Source of the DNA: a virus
Virus record (IMG/VR): IMGVR_UViG_3300042922_001062
Span: 1 to 64,000 of that record
DNA length: 64,000 nucleotides
Direction: 5' to 3' (one strand)
Shown here: in pieces, positions 30,354 through 38,708 of the stretch
Position numbering within the stretch: position 1 is the stretch's first letter
Layout of the letters: every line of letters starts with the position of its first letter
The notes under the pieces: model-generated
Told to the model about the DNA's origin: nothing
The model's database searches: none
What the model saw: the letters and a program-made list of their open reading frames with translations, nothing else
Translations under genes and position numbers: made by a program

Positions 30354-31481
30354 ATGAACCGGATGTATTCGGTCCTCACCGTCAAGGCGGTGGAGGATGA
30401 CCAGCGCATTATCCGCGGCACCGCCACCACGCCGTCGCCGGACCGCATGGGCGATATCGTCGAGCCGCTCGGCGTGACCTTCCAGAACCCGCTGGTGCTG
30501 CTTCACCAGCACGACAGCGACCGGCCGGTCGGCACGGTCACCTTCGACAGGCCGACGGCGAAGGGCATCACCTTCGAGGCGAGGCTCCCGACGATCGAAG
30601 AGCCCGGGCCGCTGAAAGACCGCGTCGACACCGCCTGGGGCGAGATCAAGGCCGGCTTGGTCCGTGCCGTCTCCATCGGTTTCCGAGCGCTCGAATACTC
30701 GTGGATGGATGATGGCGGCATCCGCTTCATCTCCACCGAGGTGCTCGAGCTCTCTCTCGTCTCCGTTCCGGCCAACGCCGAGGCGGTGATCTCCACCATC
30801 AAGTCGATCGACGCCCCTGTGCTCGCCGCGACCGGCAAGGGGCCGAAGGCGTCCGATCGGCCTGCACCTCCCGGCGTCTCGGGGAAATCCGTCAAACCAG
30901 TGAACCTGAGGCCGAAGGAGGCCAGGACCATGAAGACCATCGCTGAGCAGATTGCTGCTCTCGAAGCGTCGCGGCAGACCAAGGCCGCGCGCATGGCTGA
31001 AGTCATGCAGAAGAGCATCGACGAGGGCCGCTCGACCGACGCCGCGGAGCAGGAGGAGTTCGACACCCTTGAGCAGGAAGTGTCCGCGCTCGACGGCGAC
31101 CTCAAGCGCCTCCGCGCGCTGGAGAAGGCGCAGGCCGCCACCGGGAAGCCGGTGATCGCCAATCAGATCCGGACGGCCGAGCAGGGCACCACCGCGCGTT
31201 CGGGTGTCACCCTGAAGTCCGCGGCGCCGGATAAGGGCATCCGCTTCGCGCGGTACGCCAAGTGCCTCGCCATCTCCACCAAGACCCATCAGTCCGTGGT
31301 GTCGGTGGCCGAGGCCATGTACGGCGGCAAGGATGACGACTTCATCGACATCGTGAAGGCCGCTGTCTCGGCGATGACCACCGGCAACACCGATGCGCTC
31401 ATCGGCAACGAGGGCGGTTTCGCCGACTTCGTGGAATTCCTCCGCCCGATGACGAGTGTCAACCAAGCGGTCGCGATTTAG
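30354..31481 (+). pseudogene. 5' part of HK97-type prohead protease-major capsid fusion, interrupted by the satellite
   Basis: Protease motifs (DRMGDIV, LHQHD, VSIGF, ELSLVSVPAN) then coiled-coil capsid N-terminus; ends 9 codons after the att repeat. Confidence 0.9.
31436..31453 (+). repeat. attL core of the satellite (18 bp direct repeat)
   Basis: ATTCCTCCGCCCGATGAC, identical to 47198-47215. Confidence 0.95.
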
Positions 31482-31501
31482 CGAACACTTTCAATATGTT
31501 G

Positions 31502-31526
31502 AGCCCGGCCGTGCGCCGGGCTTTTT
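31502..31526 (+). terminator. Rho-independent terminator just inside satellite attL
   Basis: AGCCCGGC-CGTGC-GCCGGGCT plus TTTT. Confidence 0.8.
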
Positions 31527-31629
31527 CGTTTCCGTAGTGTCCACAGCGTTCAAGAAAATCAATGGCTTACACGGGCACCCGGTGCCTCCATGCGACAAAT
31601 GAGCGACAACGTAATCGAGGGAACTGGCT

Positions 31630-31902
31630 GTGAACGCGACAAAAAAAGCCGAAGGTGAAATCCTCTACGGGGTAAAGGCCATCGCGAAGTTTCTCGGGGT
31701 GACGCGCCGGCAAGCGCAACACCTCGTCGACTCCAAGGCGGTGCCAAGCTTCAAGATGGGGCGGACGGTGTGCGCCCGGCCCGAGCGGGTGCGAAGCGTG
31801 ATTGAAGCAGCGGAGAACGGCAGGGCCGCGCCAAGCGATCAGGTGGACCAACCGCAGGACGGCGGGCAGCTTAACCTTCTCGGCGGCGGCGAACATGGCT
31901 AG
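31630..31902 (+). CDS. Excisionase/AlpA-like HTH protein
   Basis: [18 protein letters not shown]......P.FK.G.TVCAR. Confidence 0.7.
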   Translation: MNATKKAEGEILYGVKAIAKFLGVTRRQAQHLVDSKAVPSFKMGRTVCARPERVRSVIEAAENGRAAPSDQVDQPQDGGQLNLLGGGEHG

Positions 31903-32959
31903 CGCCAGTATGCTCCCGATCGTCACGGTGTCGAATGGCATCGTGATTGCCTCCAGCCGCGACGTGGCGGCCTATTTCGACGCAGACCATCGCGTGGTGC
32001 TGCTGGCGATCGATACGCTCATGGTTGAGGCCCCCGACGTAGCCGAGGCACACTTCCGCGAGCACCACGGCGAGGCCAGGCACTACGACATGACGCGCGG
32101 TGGCCTAGCGCTGCTGGCGCGCTCGCTGAGCGGTCCGCAGGTCGGGCGGTGGCGTGAGCGCTATCTCGAAGCCTTCGACCGCCAGCAGCGCGCGCTGGGG
32201 CAGGGCAGCGCGCTCTCGGTGCGTCAGCATCAGCCGAGTCCGTCGCCGGCGTTGGTGCCTGCCCTGCCGGACAACCTTGCCGATGGTGAGCCTCTCACGA
32301 TGTCGAGCCGGGAGATCGCCGACCTCACCGGCAAGGAGCACGACAACGTCCGCCGGGACATCAAGAACCTCGCGGATGGGCTTTCCCTCAGCTTTGAGGA
32401 AAAGTCCGAACCGTCGGCAGGCGGGCGCCCCTCGAAGGTGTTTCTCCTTCCGAAGCGTGAGTGCCTGATCCTCGTCTCGGGGTACAGCATCGAGCTGCGT
32501 GCCCGTATCATCGATCGCTGGATGGAACTTGAGGTGCGGCAGGCGGACCCGGTGGCGATGTTCAACCCGTCCGATCCGCGCATCGTGTCGGCCGTGCTGT
32601 CCCATTGGCATCAGGAGGCCACGACGGCACACGCAGCGCTTGCCAAGGCCGAGGGCACGCTGGCGCGGATCGAGACCACTGCCGGCTCTCTCTGCATCAC
32701 GGACGCTGCGAAGGCGCTCTCGCACCCGCCCAAGGCGCTGTTCGCCAAGCTCTACCGCAACCATTGGACCTATCGGCGCGGTGGCAAGGGCGATTGGCTG
32801 GGCCATGCCGACAAGTGCCGTGCCGGCCTGCTGGATCACCAGCCTACGACTTATCAGCGTGACGGCGAGACGGTGATCGGCACGCAGGTCGTCGTGACAC
32901 CCAAGGGATTGCGGAAGCTGGCCGAGCTGCTCGCTCACGATCCGGATTGGAGGGACTGA
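31895..32959 (+). CDS. Rha-family regulator with two Rha domains and a C-terminal ANT/KilA-C domain
   Basis: ASSRDVA..F...H and [31 protein letters not shown]; [16 protein letters not shown]. Confidence 0.8.
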   Translation: MASASMLPIVTVSNGIVIASSRDVAAYFDADHRVVLLAIDTLMVEAPDVAEAHFREHHGEARHYDMTRGGLALLARSLSGPQVGRWRERYLEAFDRQQRALGQGSALSVRQHQPSPSPALVPALPDNLADGEPLTMSSREIADLTGKEHDNVRRDIKNLADGLSLSFEEKSEPSAGGRPSKVFLLPKRECLILVSGYSIELRARIIDRWMELEVRQADPVAMFNPSDPRIVSAVLSHWHQEATTAHAALAKAEGTLARIETTAGSLCITDAAKALSHPPKALFAKLYRNHWTYRRGGKGDWLGHADKCRAGLLDHQPTTYQRDGETVIGTQVVVTPKGLRKLAELLAHDPDWRD

Positions 32960-33186
32960 TGCCCGACATCATCGACGTCGACTGGGAATGCTGTGACGCC
33001 GAGGGTGAATCCTTTGAGCACCACGCCGAGCCGGACAAGGTGGCGGAAGGCCTGCTGATCGACGAGCCAGTGCTGGTGCGCTACCCCAACGGCCGTATAG
33101 CTGATGGCAACCGCATCGTGGTGACGGAGCGTGGCCTGGAGGCGCTGAAGTCCTTCGTCATCGAGGAATCGAAGGGCAGCCACTGA
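32959..33186 (+). CDS. Small acidic hypothetical protein
   Basis: RBS GGAGG; TGATG coupling. Confidence 0.55.
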   Translation: MPDIIDVDWECCDAEGESFEHHAEPDKVAEGLLIDEPVLVRYPNGRIADGNRIVVTERGLEALKSFVIEESKGSH

Positions 33187-33377
33187 GGGGGGGAGGTCAA
33201 AAGGTCAGACGGCGTCCGTCTCTGGACCGGCGCCCCCTACATGCAGAGATTTTTTCCTCCCTGGACAAATTCGGGGTGCGTACCAGCGCCGCGTACTACG
33301 TAATATCCATATGATATCAGGCAGATAGCCTCGGTACGCACCCTGCGTACCGCGCGTACTAAGTGCGCACTGCGTAC
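33187..33377 (+). repeat. Satellite copy of the helper packaging site plus GCGTAC cluster
   Basis: 33224-33271 identical (48 bp) to 28000-28047; similarity continues to about 33297. Confidence 0.9.
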
Positions 33378-33482
33378 CACTGATAGCAGAGGCCCCGGGG
33401 GGGTATGCGGAACGTCAGGGACGCCCTTCTCTGCACCGGCGGCCTCACCAAAACTCTCGCAAAGCCAGATTGAGGTCCCGGA

Positions 33483-33854
33483 ATGTCTAATCTGGCTTCC
33501 GAGATGAGCTTCGCGGCGCGCGTCGATGAGCGCGAGCGGATGATGCTGCAGGCGATCAGCCATGCGGGATGGTGGATGTCGCCCGACGGCCGGATCGGCG
33601 AACGGGATGCCGCGGCGCTCCTGGGGTACGGACACCCGGATTCATTCCGGAACGCGAGACGTCGCGCGGATCCTGGTGGGTGGCCACGTGTATTTCGCCT
33701 CGGCGGGAACGGAAACAAGCTGACCTATCAGGTCCGAGATCTGGCGGAGTTCGTCGAGCGCAAAGCAAATCCGCCGGCCGAAACCTACGATATTTTCCGC
33801 AAAGTCAATCGCGCGGGATCGGCGCTCTCCGACGCCCGTCGTAAGCTTGCTTGA
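33483..33854 (+). CDS. Hypothetical HTH-like protein
   Basis: ERDAAALLG..SFRN.R..P......YQVRDLAEFV. Confidence 0.55.
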   Translation: MSNLASEMSFAARVDERERMMLQAISHAGWWMSPDGRIGERDAAALLGYGHPDSFRNARRRADPGGWPRVFRLGGNGNKLTYQVRDLAEFVERKANPPAETYDIFRKVNRAGSALSDARRKLA

Positions 33855-34903
33855 CCTTGATAAGGAGCGAGCTGATGCGCATCAATTCCGCCGGACACCT
33901 GCCCGCGATCATGGGCTTTCTCGCCCGGGCGCACCTTGCCGGTGTTTCGCCCTTGGAGATCGCGGCGAAGGATGGTGCTCCGCCCGACCTTCAGCTCCTC
34001 GTCAGGGCTGCGACCGGTGCCGTCATGCTCGGCGACGTCGCTGCTGCTGGCGCGCTGCGCGCGGCGGTCGAAACCTTCATCGGGACGCTGCGCGGGCGCT
34101 CCATATTCTACACGCTCCTCGCTGATGGCGCGTTCGTCCGCGCGCCGATCCGCACACGGCTCACAGCAGTCGAGAACGGCGTGGTCGCCTACGTCGTGAG
34201 CGAGGGGCGTGCGAAGCCGGTTTCGAGGATCGGGCTCGACGCCGCGGGACTGGAACGCGCCAAGGCCACTTCGCTCATCGTGCTGACGCGCGAGGCTGTG
34301 TACGCATCCTCGCCGGCGCTGCTCGACTTCCTGACCTCTGAGCTGCAGGGCGCGGTCTCGGCGGCCGTCGACGCGGCCTTCATCGCAAGGATCATCGACG
34401 ACGGCTCGCCGAGCCTCACGCCGACCTTCAGCGCGTCGGGAGCGGGCATCGACGACATCAGGTTTGACCTCCGGCGACTGCTCGACGCCGTGAACGTCAC
34501 GGGCAGCGGCCATCTGGCATGGCTGATGTCGGCAGACGTCGCGAACCGCCTCGCCGTGCTCGTGGAGCACTTTCCCGGTATGGCGCCGAACGGTGGGACA
34601 TTGCTCGAGCAGCCGGCCTTCGTTTCCGAGGCCATCGACCCGGGCTCGCTGCACTGCCTCAACGCCGCGTCGATCGCGGCGGACAGCGAGGCCATCATCG
34701 TGCGGTCCAGCGACGTCGCCAGCGTCGTTATGGATACCGCCCCAGCGCAGGACAGCTCCACGCCGGCGGCGACGCAGAACGTGTCGATGTTTCAAACCAA
34801 CTCGACCGCCGTGCTCGCGGAGGCGTTTTTCGGAGCGCAACGGGTGCGGCCGAACGCGCTGGCGACGCTGACGGACATCGCCTGGGGCGACGTGGCCTCA
34901 TGA
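33851..34903 (+). CDS. Satellite-encoded HK97-fold capsid protein homologue
   Basis: VSEGRAKPVS, WLMS, VSMFQTNSTAVLAE align with helper WVGEGKGKP, WVMS, VSMFQTNSVAFRAE. Confidence 0.85.
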   Translation: MTLIRSELMRINSAGHLPAIMGFLARAHLAGVSPLEIAAKDGAPPDLQLLVRAATGAVMLGDVAAAGALRAAVETFIGTLRGRSIFYTLLADGAFVRAPIRTRLTAVENGVVAYVVSEGRAKPVSRIGLDAAGLERAKATSLIVLTREAVYASSPALLDFLTSELQGAVSAAVDAAFIARIIDDGSPSLTPTFSASGAGIDDIRFDLRRLLDAVNVTGSGHLAWLMSADVANRLAVLVEHFPGMAPNGGTLLEQPAFVSEAIDPGSLHCLNAASIAADSEAIIVRSSDVASVVMDTAPAQDSSTPAATQNVSMFQTNSTAVLAEAFFGAQRVRPNALATLTDIAWGDVAS

Positions 34904-35727
34904 GCAGGGTCGATCCCGCTACCGCAGCAGCGCTGAATAAAATTGACGTCCGCGTCGCGGAGATCGACGCCGCGCTCAAACGCCTCGACGCTGATGACTA
35001 CAAGCACTTCAAAGATTTGCACCGCGCCGGTGCAAACGAGAAGGTGCGGCAGCAGCTCAACGCGGAACGCGCGGTGCAGATGCACAACCGGGCGCGGGTG
35101 CTCGCAGGCGAGCCGGTTGAACAGCCAGCACCCACGGAGCAGGCCAAGGCACTGCGGCTGCCGCCGGTGGAGCTCTATGGCAAGGCCGAGCGACCCTGCA
35201 GAATCGAGCCAGCCATTACCCGCAGAGACGACTTGGTCGGCGTTGGCGATAGAACCGCCGATGAGATTCTCGATGTCGCCGAAGTTGAAGAGCGCGTGTC
35301 AGCGGACATCGCGCAGGCGATCGAGGTCGCCCACGCCAAGATGCGGGAGGCAATGACGCGCAATCCCACGTACGCGTTCGACTTGTCGACGCTGATCATG
35401 CTGAAGACCACCATCATCCAGGCGATGGCGCAGGCGACAATCATCGAAGCCGTCGGCGGTGTGCTGCGGCGCGAGCTCGAGGTGAAGCTCACCGATCGGA
35501 TCGCAGTGCTGGAAAAGCGGATCGAGGAGTTTGAGCGCGGCGGCTTCGAGTATCGCGGCATCTATCAGCGCGCCCAAGCCTACAGACGAGGTCAGGTCGT
35601 CACCCATGACGGAAGCATGTGGGTGGCCGCCAAGGACACCGTGCTGCCGCCGGGCGCGCCGGAAGGCATGAACGAGTGGACTTTGGCCGTTAAGCGTGGC
35701 CGGGACGGGAAGGACGCCACCCGATGA
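34900..35727 (+). CDS. Satellite homologue of the helper post-portal protein C-terminal domain
   Basis: YRGIYQ..Y.RG..VTHDGSMW..WTLAVKRGRDGKD vs helper YRGVFK..GDTVTWAGSLW..WTLAAKRGRDGKE. Confidence 0.8.
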   Translation: MSRVDPATAAALNKIDVRVAEIDAALKRLDADDYKHFKDLHRAGANEKVRQQLNAERAVQMHNRARVLAGEPVEQPAPTEQAKALRLPPVELYGKAERPCRIEPAITRRDDLVGVGDRTADEILDVAEVEERVSADIAQAIEVAHAKMREAMTRNPTYAFDLSTLIMLKTTIIQAMAQATIIEAVGGVLRRELEVKLTDRIAVLEKRIEEFERGGFEYRGIYQRAQAYRRGQVVTHDGSMWVAAKDTVLPPGAPEGMNEWTLAVKRGRDGKDATR

Positions 35728-35943
35728 AAGAGCAAGCCGTCGCCCTAACGAAGCGGTGCGTTGCGGCCTTCGTCGAGAAGATGGGCAGGCAGCCGGATGC
35801 GCACGAGCTCGATCTGCTCGCTGCGGCCGCGTGCCGGCATCTCCAAGACCGCGAGCACATGCGCCGATGGCCCGCCGCGACGGCGTCCGGATCTTCCACG
35901 GTGAACTAGCTCAAGCCTAGACCTCATAGCCTTAGGTGAGGCG

Positions 35944-36234
35944 ATGCCAAACTCAGAGATGCTCACAACTTACTCCCATGGTACCGTTTCAGTGACCAAG
36001 GGATCAAAGACCGTCCGGGGCAAAGGCGTTTTCTGGCTGGACGTGCGGTCGTGCGACAGCCTCGAAGCCGGGGACCGCTGCCTCACCACCATCGCCTCAG
36101 TAGACGCGACCGATTTCACCACATTGGAGCTTGCTGTGCCTTGGTGCGGCGAGACAGCGGAGGACGTCCCTTACGTGATCCGCTTCGACGCTCCGCAGCG
36201 ATTTCCCGGCTACAGGGGGCGCGCCGATGGCTGA
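35944..36234 (+). CDS. Stand-alone tail-fibre N-terminal domain
   Basis: YS.GTVSV..TIAS..LELAV..DVPYV.RFDAP shared with 36227. Confidence 0.65.
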   Translation: MPNSEMLTTYSHGTVSVTKGSKTVRGKGVFWLDVRSCDSLEAGDRCLTTIASVDATDFTTLELAVPWCGETAEDVPYVIRFDAPQRFPGYRGRADG

Positions 36235-37324
36235 CCTCTACAGCACCGGCACCGTCTCGGTGCCCAGCGGTGGCACGACTGTTACGCTGACCGGGGGGCT
36301 CTTTAGCGGTGTTCTCGCCGGCGATACGATCGAGATCGGCGAGCTTCCCGCGAAGACGATCGCATCGCCGACCGACGCCAGTCATCTGGAACTGGCCGTC
36401 GCGGTGACGTCCGATCAGGTGGATGTCCCCTATGTGCTTCGCTTCGACGCCCCGTCGCGCTTCACCTCCGGCTATCTCGCGGAGCAGGTGCGGGCGCTGA
36501 TCGCGCAGGCGGGCATCATCAAGGCCGCCCGGCCAAACTACGAGGTGCAGAGCCTCGGCGGCAACGCACCGCCTGGCTCTCCTGTGACGGGAGACATGTA
36601 CGTCGTCGGCACCGCGCCGACCGGCGCATGGGCTGGGCGGGCGAATAATTTGGCGCAGTGGACCGGCTCGGCGTGGCTGTTCACAGCGCCGGATCGAGGA
36701 ACGACGGTCGTTAGCGTGGCGACGGGTATTGTGTCGATCTGGGGCGGCGCGGCGTGGCTACCTTACATAGGCCCTGGCGCTTTCATGCAGACGCTGATGC
36801 CGGCGGCGACGCAGGCCGCGGCGCAGACTACGCTTGGGCTCGATAGGGCCGCCCGCACGCTCTGGACGGCGGATATCTCCACTCCTGTCGCGGCGATTAA
36901 CGTCCCGCTCGCGGCGGCGTATCGGGCGTTCAAGCTGACCATCGGCTGCCTCACCGGCTCGGATGCGACAGCCAACTTGATACACCGCATCAGCCGCGAC
37001 GGGTCCACGGTCGACACGGGTGCATCGGACTATCAGGGGTCTGCGCTTGTTGTCGTGGGTAGCGGAGTTTCCGCGGCGGCGCGGACGGCGTCGGATGCGT
37101 TTCTCGGCACGTTGACGGCCACGATGGTAGCAATGGACATCACGCCTGGCGCGGCCGGTCTGCCGTACATGTGCACTTCCCAGTCTATGGAGTTCGCCTC
37201 TGGATATCGTCTTGATTTCCGCGGTACCCGTGCCGCGAATGTCGGGCGCGCTCAGTTCATCCAGATCTACCCGTCAGCCGGCAATCTGACTGCTGGGACG
37301 CTGACGCTGGCCGGGTATCCGTGA
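36227..37324 (+). CDS. Tail fibre / receptor-binding protein with DUF2793
   Basis: APPGSPVTGD.YVVG..PTGAWAG....LA.W...AWLF.AP. Confidence 0.75.
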   Translation: MADLYSTGTVSVPSGGTTVTLTGGLFSGVLAGDTIEIGELPAKTIASPTDASHLELAVAVTSDQVDVPYVLRFDAPSRFTSGYLAEQVRALIAQAGIIKAARPNYEVQSLGGNAPPGSPVTGDMYVVGTAPTGAWAGRANNLAQWTGSAWLFTAPDRGTTVVSVATGIVSIWGGAAWLPYIGPGAFMQTLMPAATQAAAQTTLGLDRAARTLWTADISTPVAAINVPLAAAYRAFKLTIGCLTGSDATANLIHRISRDGSTVDTGASDYQGSALVVVGSGVSAAARTASDAFLGTLTATMVAMDITPGAAGLPYMCTSQSMEFASGYRLDFRGTRAANVGRAQFIQIYPSAGNLTAGTLTLAGYP

Positions 37325-37370
37325 CGCCCGCCGCCGGGCTTCGAGGTGGTGGCTCGGCGGTCAGATATGA

Positions 37371-37396
37371 AAAAGGCCGCCCCGAAGGGCGGCCTC
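37371..37396 (-). terminator. Terminator of 37410..37727
   Basis: AAAAAGGCCGCCCCGAAGGGCGGCCT. Confidence 0.7.
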
Positions 37397-37409
37397 TCTC
37401 ACCGTCCGG

Positions 37410-37727
37410 CTAGCACGGTGTCTGCTTATTGGTGCAATCGCGACGGCCGTCATCCGAATTGCCGCTGCCGGCGGCCTTGGCCTCGCCGGGGTTCATGGAG
37501 TTGTTGCGCCCCTCGCTGGGCATGGTCGATTTCGGCACACCGGAGCCAACGGCCGGGGACTGGTCCTTGTAGCGGCTCTCGGTGGTGCCCGAGCTATTGT
37601 CGGAGCCGGTTGTAGCTCCCGCCGTGGAACCCGAGTTCCCTTGGCCGCTGCTCTGGGCCATCACAGGTGTGCCGAGCGCCAGTAATGCTGCCAGCGTGGC
37701 GATGGAAGTCGTCTTGGCATAGTTCAT
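37410..37727 (-). CDS. Small secreted low-complexity protein (moron)
   Basis: Signal peptide (..LLALGTPVMA); RBS GAAGGAGG. Confidence 0.7.
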   Translation of the reverse strand: MNYAKTTSIATLAALLALGTPVMAQSSGQGNSGSTAGATTGSDNSSGTTESRYKDQSPAVGSGVPKSTMPSEGRNNSMNPGEAKAAGSGNSDDGRRDCTNKQTPC

Positions 37728-37751
37728 GAGTTCCTCCTTCGATATGAGGCG

Positions 37752-37776
37752 AACCCACAGCTCTAGATGACGTTCC
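37752..37776 (-). promoter_or_regulatory. EcfG-type promoter
   Basis: Minus strand GGAAC-N16-GGTT. Confidence 0.65.
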
Positions 37777-37941
37777 GACCAAATTGGCCGCTGAGGTACA
37801 CGGCTAATGCACCTCGCGCCAACGTGAGCACTTTCCTGCCAGGCGGCTATGTCGATTTATTCCTTCCGCGAATCGTCAATCATCGCCTCGATGGCCCCGA
37901 TCATCACTTCGAGGTCGGCGATCAGATGCAGTAACGATTTG

Positions 37942-38055
37942 CTCGACTTCCGCGGCACCCGCATCGCCAATCCAGGCCGTGCGCAGTTCATCCAGATATA
38001 CCCGTTCGCCGGTAATCTGGCAGCCGGCCCTCTCACGCTGAAGGACATTCTGTAG
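37942..38055 (+). pseudogene. Relic second copy of the tail fibre 3' end
   Basis: LDFRGTRIANPGRAQFIQIYPFAGNL vs LDFRGTRAANVGRAQFIQIYPSAGNL. Confidence 0.8.
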
Positions 38056-38066
38056 GAGCATCTCAC

Positions 38067-38504
38067 ATGAACATTCTGGACGTCGACGGCGTGATCAAGC
38101 CGGCCGACCCCGCCTGGATCGCCCAGCGCGCGCTTGACGCCCTCCCGGTGGCTCCGACGCCAGCGGACGTCATCGCCGAGCGCGAGCGGCGCCTGGCCCT
38201 CGGATTCGCCTACGACTTCGAAGACGAACGCGGCGTGCACCACATCGCGACCACCCCGGAAGACATGAAGGGCTGGGACGAGGTGACCATGCTCGCCAAC
38301 GCCGCCATCAATGCCGGCGTGGCGGCGACCGAGATCCTCATCCTCACCAGCACCGGCCCGGTCACCGTGACGGCCGCCGAGTGGCAGCAGGTGCTCCTCG
38401 CCTCGGCGAACTTCCGCCAGCCGATCTGGCAGACCAGCTTCGCGCTGCAGGCGATGGACCCGATCCCGGCTGACGTCACCGACGACGTGCACTGGCCGGA
38501 TTGA
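38067..38504 (+). CDS. DUF4376-like tail fibre assembly protein
   Basis: DV.AERERRLALGF..PIPAD..DD.HW; RBS AGGAG. Confidence 0.65.
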   Translation: MNILDVDGVIKPADPAWIAQRALDALPVAPTPADVIAERERRLALGFAYDFEDERGVHHIATTPEDMKGWDEVTMLANAAINAGVAATEILILTSTGPVTVTAAEWQQVLLASANFRQPIWQTSFALQAMDPIPADVTDDVHWPD

Positions 38505-38708
38505 CCTCCCAAGCGCCGCACGGTCATGACCGCTCGAGTTGATGGGCCGCGCTTGGTCTATTCGGGCACGAGGAAAGCCCAGCAGAATCCTGATTATCCA
38601 CCACTGGCCGGAAGAGATCGGAAAGGCCGCTGGCCACGGCAGTAGCGGCTTGAACAAGTCTCGCCCGGCGCGCCACAATTGCGGATGGGCATCCGAATCT
38701 GTACCGAC

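Noticed and set aside
37211-38055. Diversity-generating retroelement (template and variable repeat at the fibre tip)
   Set aside because: No reverse transcriptase in the window, and the differences between copies are not adenine-specific
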